Shown: one piece after another, positions 9,644 through 19,065 of the stretch
Layout of the letters: every line of letters begins with the position of its first letter
Numbering within the stretch: position 1 is the first letter of the stretch
Assembly (NCBI RefSeq): GCF_042660085.1
Contig: NZ_JBHSTI010000008.1
Span: 2,205,604 to 2,237,603, forward strand
From: Longivirga aurantiaca
GTDB taxonomy: Bacteria; Actinomycetota; Actinomycetes; S36-B12; CAIYMF01
Length of the DNA: 32,000 nucleotides
Direction of reading: 5' to 3'
Made by a program: the position numbers and the translations under genes
Notes under the pieces: generated by a model
What the model saw: the letters and a program-made list of their open reading frames with translations, nothing else
Told to the model about the DNA's origin: nothing
The model's database searches: none

Positions 9644-9829
9644 GGGGCGGCCTTTCCAGGAGGAGCAGGGGAACGAAGGCGATCCTAACGAACCCCGCGG
9701 CCCCAGCATCCCGGCTCGTTCCGTATGAAGGCTGGGCACCCGCTGGGCGACGATGGCCGACGGCCTCGCCGAGCAGGGGACACCATCCAAAGACCCGGCG
9801 ATGATGGCCGGAATTGTTCGGCTCTATTG

Positions 9830-9848
9830 GATGAAGGTCGCCTTCATC
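9830..9848 (-). terminator. stem-loop after rodA (end of mre-pbp2-rodA operon)
   Basis: GATGAAGG-TCG-CCTTCATC, 12 nt after the rodA TAG, within a locally AT-richer stretch. Confidence 0.5.
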
Positions 9849-9859
9849 GCAAACGGGCT

Positions 9860-11020
9860 CTACTTCTCCTTGGTCTTCATGTGGACGTTGAGGAGGAGGC
9901 CGATGGCGATCCAGTTGGCGAACATGCTGGTGCCGCCGTAGGAGACGAACGGGAGCGGTACGCCGGTGACGGGCATGATGCCGAGGTTCATGCCGATGTT
10001 CTCGAAGGCCTGGAAGCCGATCCAGACCGCGATGCCCGACGCGACGAGGCGGCCGAAGAGGTCCGAGGCGCGGATCGCGATGCGCACCGCGCGCCAGAGC
10101 AGGACGCCGAGCAGCACGATGATGGCCGCGGCGCCGGCGAAGCCGAGCTCCTCCCCCGCCACCGAGTAGACGAAGTCGGTCTGGTTGTAGGGCACGAACC
10201 GGCCCTGCGTCTGCGGGCCCTCGAACAGCCCCTGGCCGAACCAGCCGCCGGAGCCGATCGCGATACGCGCCTGCTGGGTGTTGTAGCCGATGCCGCGCGG
10301 GTCGTTGGCCGGGTCGGCGAATGCCGTCAGGCGGTCGACCTGGTACTGCTTCAGGATCCCCACCTGCAGCGCCACGAACGACCCGATCGCGGCGGTGGCG
10401 AGGATCCCGACGAGCCAGCGCGTCTTGGCCCCGGACACCGCGATGATCCCGAACACCGCGCACGCCGTGACCATGACCGTGCCGAGGTCGGGCTGCAGCA
10501 TCACGAGGCCGATGGGCACCGCGGCCACGAGCAGTGCGTAGAAGACGTCGATGTCGCGCGGCTCGTCCTCGGCGTCGCGCTTCTCCGAGAGCAGCATCGA
10601 CATCCCGAGGATGATCGCGATCTTCGCGAACTCCGACGGCTGGATCGTGAAGCCCGCAGGCAGGGAGATCCACGCCTGCGCGCCGTTGATCTCCGTGCCG
10701 ATCGGCGAGAGCACCACGACGAGGCCGATGACCGAGACCACCCACAGGATCGGGGTGTACGCGCGCAGCAGCCGGTAGTCGAACCGCGACACCAGCACCG
10801 CGAGGGCCACGCCGATGACGAGGTTGATCAGGTGCTTCTTGAGGTACGCCTGCGGGTCGTTGTCGTACGTCGACAGCTTCCCCGATGTCGCCGACCACAC
10901 GAGCAGCGCACCGAGCACCGAGAGCGCGAGCGCGACCAGGACGAGGGTCCAGTCGACGCGGCGCAGGGCCGACTCGCGCTTGCGCGGCGGCGCCGTCGGG
11001 CTCTTGTACGCCAGCGTCAT
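9860..11020 (-). CDS. rodA: SEDS-family peptidoglycan glycosyltransferase RodA
   Basis: The internal ATG at 11020 gives MTLAYKSPTAPPRKRESALRRVDWTLVLVALALSVLG..., a multi-TM protein with PSEFAKIAIILG and GVPLPFVSYGGTSM. The ATG overlaps the pbp2 stop (ATGA). Confidence 0.93.
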   Translation of the reverse strand: MTLAYKSPTAPPRKRESALRRVDWTLVLVALALSVLGALLVWSATSGKLSTYDNDPQAYLKKHLINLVIGVALAVLVSRFDYRLLRAYTPILWVVSVIGLVVVLSPIGTEINGAQAWISLPAGFTIQPSEFAKIAIILGMSMLLSEKRDAEDEPRDIDVFYALLVAAVPIGLVMLQPDLGTVMVTACAVFGIIAVSGAKTRWLVGILATAAIGSFVALQVGILKQYQVDRLTAFADPANDPRGIGYNTQQARIAIGSGGWFGQGLFEGPQTQGRFVPYNQTDFVYSVAGEELGFAGAAAIIVLLGVLLWRAVRIAIRASDLFGRLVASGIAVWIGFQAFENIGMNLGIMPVTGVPLPFVSYGGTSMFANWIAIGLLLNVHMKTKEK

Positions 11021-13422
11021 GACGCCCACCTCGATCCGAGGGCCTGCGCCGTGACGGTCGAGCCGTGCCGTCGTCGCCGGGCGCGGTTCAGCAGCCCCGC
11101 GACCACGAGCGGCGGCATCGCCACGAGCCCGGCCGCCGTGCCGCCGGAGTCCGGGACCGCGCCGTCGTCGACCGACGAGGTCGCCGAGGGGGTGGCGCTG
11201 GCCCCGGGGGTCGTCGAGGCGGCCGGCGCGGGGCCCGACGACTTCACCGTCTTCGGCATGCCCGGGTAGACAGGGGTGCCGTCGGACTTCACCTTGGGCA
11301 GCTTGGTCGAGGGCTTCGACCCGACCAGCACCGACTTCGACGGGTCGACCGTGCTGCCCGTGATGCCGTAGATGGCCTCGTAGATGCGGCGCACGCTCGG
11401 GGCGCTGGTGCTGGCACCGGTGCCACCCTGCGACACCATCATCACGACGGCGTACTTCGGGGCGTTGGACGGCGCGAAGGTCGCGAACCACGAGGTCGAC
11501 TGGTCGCCGGCGGTCGCAGCCTGGCCGGTACCGGTCTTGGCCGCCACGGGGATCCGGTCGAGCGGGAAGCCGCGGAACGGGTTGTAGCCGGTGCCGTACG
11601 GCTCGGTGGTCACCTCGGTGAAGGCGCGGCGCAGGAACGCAAGATCGCTCTGGGAGACCGGGAGCGTGCCCATCTTCTTGGGCTCGACCTTGTCCACGAC
11701 CTTGCCGCTCGAGGAGATGAAGCCCTTGGCGATCTGCGGCTGCCAGATCGTGCCGCCGTTGGCGAGCGCGGCGTACGCCTGCGCGATCTGCAGCGGCGTC
11801 ACGACCATGTCGCCCTGGCCGATCGAGAGGTTGACGGCGTCACCGGCGCGGAACTTGTCGCCGTCGGCGCAGTTCTCCTTGGCCAGGGCCTTGAGGAAGA
11901 TCGCCCGGTTGGGGTCGGTCTTGGCCACCTCGGGGTAGCCGTCGACGGCGCGCTTGCACCAGGCGTCCGAGAGCTGGTCGTACAGCAGCTTGCGGAACTC
12001 GCGGCCACCGACGCGGCCGCGCGACTCGCTCGGGAGGTCGATGCCCGTGCGCTTGCCGAAGCCGTAGGCCTTGGCCATCGTCTCGATCGGGTCCTTGGGG
12101 TTCGTCTTCGGCGTGAGGCCGCCGTCCTGCAGCCACCAGCGGTAGGAGACCTCGTACCACATGGTGTCGCAGGAGACCGCGAGGCCGCGGGACAGCGAGA
12201 GGCGGCCGAACTGCTCGCCCTCGAAGTTGCGGAAGATCTGGGTGCCGACCTCGTACTGCGACGGGCAGTCGAAGATCGAGCTCTGTCCGTAGCCGTTCGC
12301 GAGGGCCGCCGACGCCGACACGATCTTGAACGTCGACGCCGGGACGAACTGGCCCTGGATGGCGCGCGAGATCAGCGGGTAGTTCGACGACTTCGCCGTG
12401 AGCGCCTTGTACTCCTTGGACGAGATGCCGCCGACCCACACGGTGGGGTCGTACGTCGGATAGCTCGCCATCGCGAGCACGTGGCCGTTCGTCACGTCCA
12501 TGACGACGGCAGCGCCCGAGTCGGCCTTGTAGTTGCGCGACTTGTCGGTGCGGTCAGGGGTGTTGCGCGCCTTGGTGATGGCGGCGAGCAGCTCCTTCTC
12601 GACCACGGCCTGGAGCTTGGAGTCGATGTTCGTCACCAGGTAGTTGCCCGGCACCGAGTCGGTCTCGCTCACGGTGCCGACGACGTTCGCGGCCTGGTCG
12701 ACGGCGAGCTTCTTGATGCCCGGCTCGCCGCGCAGCTGGGCGTCGTACTCCGCCTCGAGGCCCGATCGGCCGACGAGGTCGGTGCGGCGCAGCAGCGACT
12801 CGTCCGCGGGGATCGTGCCGGCGTCGCGCGCGGCCTTCTGCGCCGCGAGCTCGGTGTCGCTCACCGGGCCGAGGTAGCCGAGGATGTGCGCCGCGTTGGC
12901 CTTGTCGGGCGTGGGGTACTCGCGCACCGCCTCGAGGCCCGCGGTGACACCCGGGTAGTCGGAGCGCTTCTCCATGATCGTGAGCGCGAGGTCCTGGGTG
13001 ATGTCCTTCGCCACGGGGATCGGCTGGAAGGGCGAGCCGTTCCAACAGATGGGCGGCTTCTCGTGGGCCTCGGGGCCGCAGAGCTCGAGCTTGTACGACA
13101 GCGCGGTGTAGGTGGTGTCGAGCGCCTTGGCGAGGCGCGTGAGCACGGCCTTGCCGTCGTCCTTCTGCTTGGCGAGCTCGGTGCGGTCGACGCTGACGAC
13201 CAGGGACGTGCGGTTGGAGACGAGAGGACGGCCGAGCTGGTCGAGGATCAGGCCGCGGGTGGCCGGCGTGACGACCTCGCGGGTGCCGTTGGCGTCGGCC
13301 TTCGCGGTGTAGACGTCGGCGGAGACGACCTGCAGGAAGAACAGCCGGCTCACGAGGGTGATGAGGAGCGAGAACAGCAGCACACCGAGCACCGCGAGGC
13401 GCAACGACGACCGGTCGCTCAC
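11017..13422 (-). CDS. mrdA: penicillin-binding protein 2 (elongation-specific transpeptidase) with long C-terminal extension
   Basis: 801 aa. N-terminal TM anchor, SxxK (STFK) and KTG (AAKTGTG) motifs. Located between mreD and rodA. GTG start at 13422. Confidence 0.93.
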   Translation of the reverse strand: MSDRSSLRLAVLGVLLFSLLITLVSRLFFLQVVSADVYTAKADANGTREVVTPATRGLILDQLGRPLVSNRTSLVVSVDRTELAKQKDDGKAVLTRLAKALDTTYTALSYKLELCGPEAHEKPPICWNGSPFQPIPVAKDITQDLALTIMEKRSDYPGVTAGLEAVREYPTPDKANAAHILGYLGPVSDTELAAQKAARDAGTIPADESLLRRTDLVGRSGLEAEYDAQLRGEPGIKKLAVDQAANVVGTVSETDSVPGNYLVTNIDSKLQAVVEKELLAAITKARNTPDRTDKSRNYKADSGAAVVMDVTNGHVLAMASYPTYDPTVWVGGISSKEYKALTAKSSNYPLISRAIQGQFVPASTFKIVSASAALANGYGQSSIFDCPSQYEVGTQIFRNFEGEQFGRLSLSRGLAVSCDTMWYEVSYRWWLQDGGLTPKTNPKDPIETMAKAYGFGKRTGIDLPSESRGRVGGREFRKLLYDQLSDAWCKRAVDGYPEVAKTDPNRAIFLKALAKENCADGDKFRAGDAVNLSIGQGDMVVTPLQIAQAYAALANGGTIWQPQIAKGFISSSGKVVDKVEPKKMGTLPVSQSDLAFLRRAFTEVTTEPYGTGYNPFRGFPLDRIPVAAKTGTGQAATAGDQSTSWFATFAPSNAPKYAVVMMVSQGGTGASTSAPSVRRIYEAIYGITGSTVDPSKSVLVGSKPSTKLPKVKSDGTPVYPGMPKTVKSSGPAPAASTTPGASATPSATSSVDDGAVPDSGGTAAGLVAMPPLVVAGLLNRARRRRHGSTVTAQALGSRWAS

Positions 13423-13594
13423 GAGTCAGGGCTCCAGGGGTGGGTGCGGGCGGGTCCAGGCGGGCGCGATCGGTCCGAAGGTTCCGACGACGGCGGCGGA
13501 TCGGGGGTTCCCCGGGGTGACGCAGGACTCAGACCGACAAGGACAAGGGTAAGCCCGCCGGGAAGGGGCTCGTGCCCGTCCGTACAGCGCGCTC

Positions 13595-14119
13595 TCAGGC
13601 CCGGCCGACGTCGTACCGGGGCGGGGGCGGGTCGACCTTGCGCCAGAGCCAGGTGACGAGGGCGAGCACGAAGGGTGCGAGCACGACGGCGTACGCCACC
13701 TGCGTGAGCAGCAGCCCCGGCACCCGCTCCCACGACACGCGGGGGTCGGCGACGACTCCGCCGACCAGCGCGAAGCCGAGCACGATGCCGCCCGTGAGCA
13801 AGCCCGTGAGGCCCACGGCGGCCAGCGGGGAGCGCTCGGTCTGGCCGAGCAGCCCGGCGAGGTAGCCCACGACGACGAGCACGACGGCCGAGAGGCCGAG
13901 CAGGCCGTCCGCCGGAGGCAGCAGGTCGAGCAGGAGCCCTGCCGAGAAGCCGGCGACGGTGCCCCGCACCGGCCCGCCCACGAACCCGAGGCCGATGACC
14001 GTCACGGCCACGATGTCCGGGGTCGCCCCTGGGAGCCCGAACAGCGGCAGCACGGTGAGCTGCAGGAGGACGGCGGTGAGCAGCAGGACGGCCATGAGGC
14101 CCGCACGCAACCAGGACAT
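13595..14119 (-). CDS. mreD: rod shape-determining protein MreD
   Basis: 174-aa polytopic membrane protein immediately after mreC (12-nt gap). The call rests on position and hydrophobic profile. Confidence 0.85.
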   Translation of the reverse strand: MSWLRAGLMAVLLLTAVLLQLTVLPLFGLPGATPDIVAVTVIGLGFVGGPVRGTVAGFSAGLLLDLLPPADGLLGLSAVVLVVVGYLAGLLGQTERSPLAAVGLTGLLTGGIVLGFALVGGVVADPRVSWERVPGLLLTQVAYAVVLAPFVLALVTWLWRKVDPPPPRYDVGRA

Positions 14120-14131
14120 GTCGGCGCCGCC

Positions 14132-15064
14132 TCAGGAGGCCGACGGCGAGGCGCCCGGCGACGCGGTCGACGAGCCGCTCGGGGTCGCGGACGGCGTGGC
14201 GCTCGGGGAGGCCGTGGGCTTCGGCGGCAGCACGGAGTCGCGGGGGTCGGTGCGCGGCGGCTGGACGATGACGCCCACGAGGTCGAGCCTCGTGACGTCG
14301 ACGAACGGCACGACGGTCGCGATGCGGGTGAGCTGACCCGGCGTGCCCCGGACCTCGGTGATCGTGCCCAGGGGGATGCCGGCGACGTACACGCCGCCCT
14401 CGAAGCCGAACGACACGAGGCGGTCGCCCTTCTGCACGGGGGCGAACGGGTCGAGCAGCTGCAGCTCGAGCGAGCGGGGGTCGCCCGTGCCGTTGAGGAA
14501 GCCCTTCTCGAGCGAGGCCTCGACCCGGGCGCCGACGGTGGAGGTGGCGTCGACGAGCAGCGCCACGACCGACGTCGTCTCGTTGACGCGGATGACGCGC
14601 CCGACGAGGCCCTGGCCGTTCACGACGTTCTGGTCGATCGTGACGCCGTCCCTGCGACCCGCGTCGATCGTGACGGTCCAGCCGAATCCCTGGGCCGGGC
14701 CGCTCGCCACGACCTGGGCCGGCACCGTCTCGTACTGGCCGCGGCCGGCGAGGCCGAGGAGCTCGTCGAGCTCGCGCGCGCGGTTGCGGTCGAACTCGGT
14801 GGTGTTGACCTGCTGCTCGAGCTCGTCGATGCGTGCCTGCAGGTCGGCGATCTGCTGGTCCTTGGAGCCGAGGCTGCCGACCGAGCCGAAGAAGTCGGTC
14901 ACCGGCCGGACGACCGCGCTCACTGCCGACTGGACGGGGCCGAAGAAGCCGCCTGCGCTGTCGCGGGCGCCGTCACCGCTGCCGCGAAGGTTGAGGATGA
15001 CGAGGGTCAGCGACGTCAGCAGGAGCAGACCGAGGATGGTCCGCGTCCTTCTGTTGTCCCGCAT
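14132..15064 (-). CDS. mreC: rod shape-determining protein MreC
   Basis: 310 aa. N-terminal TM, a coiled-coil segment (QQIADLQARIDELEQQ), a beta-rich core, and a Ser/Pro/Thr/Ala tail. Located between mreB and mreD. Confidence 0.9.
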   Translation of the reverse strand: MRDNRRTRTILGLLLLTSLTLVILNLRGSGDGARDSAGGFFGPVQSAVSAVVRPVTDFFGSVGSLGSKDQQIADLQARIDELEQQVNTTEFDRNRARELDELLGLAGRGQYETVPAQVVASGPAQGFGWTVTIDAGRRDGVTIDQNVVNGQGLVGRVIRVNETTSVVALLVDATSTVGARVEASLEKGFLNGTGDPRSLELQLLDPFAPVQKGDRLVSFGFEGGVYVAGIPLGTITEVRGTPGQLTRIATVVPFVDVTRLDLVGVIVQPPRTDPRDSVLPPKPTASPSATPSATPSGSSTASPGASPSAS

Positions 15065-15094
15065 GGACTAGCCGCTCCTGTCGCCTGTCACGCA

Positions 15095-15128
15095 TTGCGC
15101 CCGCGACGATTCGACGTCGCGGGCGCAA
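15095..15128 (-). promoter_or_regulatory. intercistronic stem-loop 2 (mreB-mreC spacer)
   Basis: TTGCGCCCGCGACG-ATTCGA-CGTCGCGGGCGCAA, a perfect 14-bp stem, 31 nt upstream of the mreC ATG. Confidence 0.55.
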
Positions 15129-15145
15129 GCCTAGGTTCCTGCCAG

Positions 15146-15169
15146 GCGCTGCGACGCAGGTCGCAGCGC
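15146..15169 (-). terminator. intercistronic stem-loop 1 / attenuator right after mreB
   Basis: GCGCTGCGAC-GCAG-GTCGCAGCGC, a perfect 10-bp stem, 9 nt after the mreB stop. Confidence 0.5.
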
Positions 15170-15177
15170 TCGGCGCG

Positions 15178-16209
15178 TCAGTTCCGGGGCTCGGAGATGA
15201 GCACCTGCTGAAGCGCCTCGAACTCCTCGACGCACTTGCCCGACCCGAGGGCCACGCAGTCGAGCGGGTCCTCGGCGATCACGATCGGCATGCCGGTCTC
15301 GTGACGGAGGCGCTCGTCGAGGCCCGCGAGGAGCGCGCCGCCGCCGGTGAGGACGATGCCGCGGTCCATGATGTCGCCGGAGAGCTCCGGCGGCGTGCGG
15401 TCGAGCGTGGTCTTGACGGCGTCGACGATCGCGTTGACGGGCTCGTCGATGGCGCGGCGGATCTCCTCCGCCGTGACGACGACCGTGCGCGGGAGACCGG
15501 TGACGAGGTCGCGGCCGCGGATCTCCGCGTGCGGCTCGTCCGGGCTCGGGAACGCCGAGCCGATCGCCATCTTGATCTCCTCGGCGGTGCGCTCGCCGAG
15601 CATGAGGGAGTACTCCTTCTTCACGTAGTTGATGATCGAGCTGTCCAGCTCGTCACCGCCCACGCGGATGGAGAGGCTGGTCACGATGCCGCCGAGGGAG
15701 ATGACCGCGACCTCGGTGGTGCCACCGCCGATGTCGACGACCATGTTGCCGGTCGGCTCGTGCACGGGGAGCCCGGCGCCGATGGCGGCGGCCATGGGCT
15801 CCTCGATGATGTAGACCTTGCGGGCGCCCGCGGCGTACCCGGCGTCCTTCACCGCACGCTGCTCGACGCCGGTGATGCCCGAGGGCACGCAGACGACGAG
15901 GCGCGGCTTGGCCAGGTGGCGCCGCTTGTGCACCTTCTGGATGAAGTAGCGGAGCATGCGCTCGGTGGTGTCGAAGTCGGCGATGACGCCGTCCTTCAGC
16001 GGGCGGATGGCGACGATGTTGCCCGGCGTGCGGCCGATCATCTTCTTCGCCTCGGCGCCCACGGCGAGGATGCCGCCGGTGTTGTTGTTGATCGCGACGA
16101 CGCTGGGCTCGTTGAGCACGATGCCGCGACCACGCACGTAGACGAGCGTGTTCGCCGTACCCAGGTCGACGGCCATGTCACGGCCGATGAACGACAGGTT
16201 GTTGGCCAT
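15178..16209 (-). CDS. mreB: actin-like rod shape-determining protein MreB
   Basis: 343 aa; [42 protein letters not shown]. Confidence 0.97.
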   Translation of the reverse strand: MANNLSFIGRDMAVDLGTANTLVYVRGRGIVLNEPSVVAINNNTGGILAVGAEAKKMIGRTPGNIVAIRPLKDGVIADFDTTERMLRYFIQKVHKRRHLAKPRLVVCVPSGITGVEQRAVKDAGYAAGARKVYIIEEPMAAAIGAGLPVHEPTGNMVVDIGGGTTEVAVISLGGIVTSLSIRVGGDELDSSIINYVKKEYSLMLGERTAEEIKMAIGSAFPSPDEPHAEIRGRDLVTGLPRTVVVTAEEIRRAIDEPVNAIVDAVKTTLDRTPPELSGDIMDRGIVLTGGGALLAGLDERLRHETGMPIVIAEDPLDCVALGSGKCVEEFEALQQVLISEPRN

Positions 16210-16389
16210 AGGGCGGGGAAGCCTTCCGGGTGGTTCTGGGCGTGCCGAGCGTCAGTGCGCAGCGCGATCGAGACCTCAGGGTAACGGCCAGACGGCGTCC
16301 CCCGGAAATGTCGGTCGGACGGCCCCGGGCCTGTTCGTGCGGGATCCGGTCACCGCGCGTGACCGACGCCACGCCGTTCCCCCGCGGCT

Positions 16390-16454
16390 CGGTTCTCCCA
16401 TCACGGGCAGAAACGGCCCTTCGCGGGCGGATTCCGTCCTTATCGGGAGAACCG
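16390..16454 (-). terminator. candidate long imperfect hairpin after ndk
   Basis: CGGTTCTCCC (16390-16399) pairs perfectly with GGGAGAACCG (16445-16454), enclosing nested ACGG/CCGT and GCCC/GGGC stems. It starts 8 nt after the ndk stop. Confidence 0.4.
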
Positions 16455-16461
16455 GACCGGG

Positions 16462-16869
16462 TCAGAGGTGGGGGAAGAAGAGGGCGATCTCGCGGGCGGC
16501 GGACTCGGGCGAGTCCGAGCCGTGCGAGACGTTCTCGCTCATCACGGTGGCGAGGTCGCCGCGGATGGTGCCCGGGGCGGCCTTGGCCGGGTCGGTGGCG
16601 CCCATCATCGTGCGCCACGAGGAGATGGCCTCGCGGCCCTCGATCACGGCGGCGAGCAGCGGGCCGGAGGTGATGAAGTCGACGAGCTCGCCGAAGAACG
16701 GCTTCTCGGCGTGCTCGCCGTAGTGCGACTCGGCGGTGGCGCGGTCGAGGGTGCGGAGCTCGAGGGCGACCAGGGTGAAGCCCTTGCGCTCGATCCGCGA
16801 GAGCACCTCTCCGACCAGGCCGCGGGCGACGCCGTCGGGCTTGACGAGGACGAGGGTGCGCTCGGACAC
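16462..16869 (-). CDS. ndk: nucleoside-diphosphate kinase
   Basis: 135 aa. [12 protein letters not shown], active-site His in [11 protein letters not shown] start at 16869 with GGAG 7 nt upstream. Confidence 0.97.
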   Translation of the reverse strand: MSERTLVLVKPDGVARGLVGEVLSRIERKGFTLVALELRTLDRATAESHYGEHAEKPFFGELVDFITSGPLLAAVIEGREAISSWRTMMGATDPAKAAPGTIRGDLATVMSENVSHGSDSPESAAREIALFFPHL

Positions 16870-16923
16870 GGGGAGCTCCAGATCACGAAGGGGTGCCGGC
16901 TCGGTGCGAGCGGCCCACGGATC

Positions 16924-17355
16924 CTAACCGGCGGAGCCGGGCGCCCGATCCTCGGCCGAGCCCGGCTCGACGACGTCGGACGCCGCGGCCTCGGCTGCCT
17001 TGGCCGCCTGCTCGGCCTGCCAGGCGGCCTCGGCAGCCCGGTTCTGGGCCGCGAGCACGTCGCCCTTGGCCCCGTAGATCACGCCGAGCACCCAGACGCC
17101 GAGGAAGAGGAGGCCGAGCACCGCGAGGGCGGGAACCAGCAGCCCGGAGAGCACGACGAGGGCCTGGAGCACCCAGCCCACCGCCACGCCCCGGGGGCGG
17201 CGTACCGCGCCCGAGCCGAGCGCGAGCAGGATCGCCAGCACGCCCAGCACGATGGCCGAGGTGGGCCCGCGGTCGTCGACGGCGAGCGCCACGGGGATGG
17301 CGAGGGCGACGACGATCGCCTCGAGCAGCAGGATCGCGGGCAGCACGACCTTCAT
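16924..17355 (-). CDS. DUF4233 family membrane protein
   Basis: The internal ATG at 17355 gives MKVVLPAILLLEAIVVALAIPVALAV... with about four hydrophobic segments. It occupies the conserved slot between folC and ndk, as I recall for Mycobacterium Rv2446c. Confidence 0.75.
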   Translation of the reverse strand: MKVVLPAILLLEAIVVALAIPVALAVDDRGPTSAIVLGVLAILLALGSGAVRRPRGVAVGWVLQALVVLSGLLVPALAVLGLLFLGVWVLGVIYGAKGDVLAAQNRAAEAAWQAEQAAKAAEAAASDVVEPGSAEDRAPGSAG

Positions 17356-17365
17356 CGCGACCGCC

Positions 17366-18982
17366 TCACGCCTCGACCCGGCCGAGCAGCGCGCGCGCCT
17401 CGGCAGCCGTGACGACGGACCCGGTGACGAGCACGCCCGCTCCCCCGCCGAGCTCGGCCGCTGCCTCGTCGGCCAGCTCGACGGCGACGTCGATCGCCTC
17501 CGACAGCCGGGCCGCCACGTGCACCCGCTCCTGCCCGAACACCTCGACCGCCAGGGCCGCGAGCTCGTCGGGGTCGACCGCACGGGGCGACGTCGACCGC
17601 GTGACGACCACCTCGGCGAGGATCGGCTCGAGCGCGATCAGCAGCCCGCGCGCGTCCTTGTCGGTGAGCACCGCCACGACGCCGATCAGGCGCGTGAACT
17701 CGAAGCCGTCGGCGATCGCGGAGGCGAGAGCCCGTGCGCCGTGCGGGTTGTGGGCCGCATCGACGACGACGGTCGGCCCGCGCCGCACCACCTCGAGCCG
17801 GCCGGGCGAGCTCACCGAGGCGAAGCCTGCGCGCACGAGCTCGGGGTCGAGGCTCTGCGCACCACCGCCGAGGAACGCCTCGACCGCGGCCAGCGCCACG
17901 GCGGCGTTCGACGCCTGGTGCTCGCCGAACAGCGGAAGGAAGATGTCGTCGTACAGCGCGCCCGGGCCCTGCAGCGCGAGCACCTGGCCGCCCACCGCCG
18001 GTGCACGGCTCACGACGCCGAACTCCACTCCCTCGCGCGCGACGGTGGCCCCGGCCTCGACGGTGCGGCGCAGCAGCACCTCCGCGGCCTCGAGGCCCTG
18101 GCGAGCGAGCACCACGGCCGCCTGGTCCTTGATGATCCCGGCCTTCTCGCCCGCGATCGTGGCGATGTCGGGGCCCAGGTACTCCTGGTGGTCGAGATCG
18201 ATCGGCGTGATCACGGCGACCGAGCCGTCGGCCACGTTGGTGGCGTCCCAGGTGCCGCCCATGCCGGTCTCGATCACGGCGACGTCGACGGGCGCGTCGG
18301 CGAAGGTCGCGAACGCCATCACCGTGAGCATCTCGAAGTACGACAGGCGCGGGCCGCCCAGCTCGACCGTGCGACGGTCGACGGCGTCGACGTACGGCGC
18401 GATGTCGTCGTGCACGGCCACGAAGCGCTCGAGGTCGACCGCCTCGCCGTCGAGCCGGATCCGCTCGCGGACCGAGTGCAGGTGCGGGCTCGTGGTGAGG
18501 CCGGTGCGCAGGCCGAAGGACCGCAGCAGCGACTCGATCATCCGCGCCGTCGACGTCTTGCCGTTGGTACCGGCCACGTGGATGACGGGATAGGCCTTCT
18601 GCGGGTCGCCGAGGATGTCGACGACGGCGCGCACCCGGTCGAGGCTCGGCTCGAGCTTCGACTCCGGCCAGCGGGTGGCGAGCTCTCGCTCGACCTCGAC
18701 GTACCGGGCGAGCAGCCCCGCGTGCGCGTCGTCGCCGAGCGGGGCGGCCGGGGCGTGCTCGTCGACCTCGCGCGCACCCCAGAGGTCGAGCTCGTCCTCG
18801 TCGATCGCGGCACCGAGGCCGGAGTCGTCCTCGTCGTCGACCACGATCGGGCCGCGCAGCTCGTCGCGCAGGCGCACCAGCTCGCGGTCGACGTCCTCCT
18901 CGGTCTCCTCGGGGAGGTCGTCGTCCTGGTCCGCGGCGTCGGCGAAGTACGGGTCGTCGTCGTTCTCGTCACGGGGTGCCAC
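17366..18982 (-). CDS. folC: bifunctional folylpolyglutamate synthase / dihydrofolate synthase with acidic N-terminal extension
   Basis: Mur-ligase P-loop HVAGTNGKTSTARM, preceded by EVERELATRWPESKLEPSLDRV. The start is uncertain: GTG at 18982 is chosen because the longer options (19075, 19168) overlap the valS start, and a TAGGCT -10 box sits 8 nt upstream. Confidence 0.85.
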   Translation of the reverse strand: MAPRDENDDDPYFADAADQDDDLPEETEEDVDRELVRLRDELRGPIVVDDEDDSGLGAAIDEDELDLWGAREVDEHAPAAPLGDDAHAGLLARYVEVERELATRWPESKLEPSLDRVRAVVDILGDPQKAYPVIHVAGTNGKTSTARMIESLLRSFGLRTGLTTSPHLHSVRERIRLDGEAVDLERFVAVHDDIAPYVDAVDRRTVELGGPRLSYFEMLTVMAFATFADAPVDVAVIETGMGGTWDATNVADGSVAVITPIDLDHQEYLGPDIATIAGEKAGIIKDQAAVVLARQGLEAAEVLLRRTVEAGATVAREGVEFGVVSRAPAVGGQVLALQGPGALYDDIFLPLFGEHQASNAAVALAAVEAFLGGGAQSLDPELVRAGFASVSSPGRLEVVRRGPTVVVDAAHNPHGARALASAIADGFEFTRLIGVVAVLTDKDARGLLIALEPILAEVVVTRSTSPRAVDPDELAALAVEVFGQERVHVAARLSEAIDVAVELADEAAAELGGGAGVLVTGSVVTAAEARALLGRVEA

Positions 18983-18990
18983 GAGCCGAG

Positions 18991-18996
18991 AGCCTA
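18991..18996 (-). promoter_or_regulatory. candidate -10 box (TAGGCT) for leaderless folC
   Basis: TANNNT hexamer 8 nt upstream of the GTG at 18982; no SD in between. Confidence 0.3.
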
Positions 18997-19059
18997 CGGC
19001 CCGCCGGACCCCTCGGCCGCCGGGCGGGAACGCGGTCGGAGACACCCCCGGACGTTCCC

Positions 19060-19065
19060 TAGGAT
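19060..19065 (+). promoter_or_regulatory. candidate -10 box (TAGGAT) for leaderless or near-leaderless valS
   Basis: TANNNT hexamer 8 nt upstream of the valS ATG (19074). The intervening TACCGGCC has no SD. Confidence 0.35.

Noticed and set aside
6068-9688. 1206-aa plus-strand ORF, and similar giants at 1731..3287(+), 4225..6942(+), 8917-11269 fragments and 19065..21968(-)
   Set aside because: They run antisense to genes with unmistakable homology (rne, radical SAM pair, obg, valS). Their translations are Arg/Ala/Gly/Pro-rich low-complexity sequence, the usual stop-codon-poor shadow frames of high-GC DNA.
9644-9790. Longer N-terminus (TTG at 9790 or ATG at 9709) for the radical SAM protein
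   Set aside because: The extra residues (MDGVPCSARPSAIVAQRV...) are not family-like. The conserved N-terminus starts right after the GTG at 9643, which has a GGAAAGG ribosome-binding site. Kept as an alternative only.
11021-11491. 157-codon N-terminal extension of rodA in track ORF 9860..11491
   Set aside because: It overlaps the 3' end of pbp2 out of frame with an Arg/Gly-rich translation. The ATG at 11020 gives a typical RodA N-terminus and the classic ATGA coupling with pbp2.
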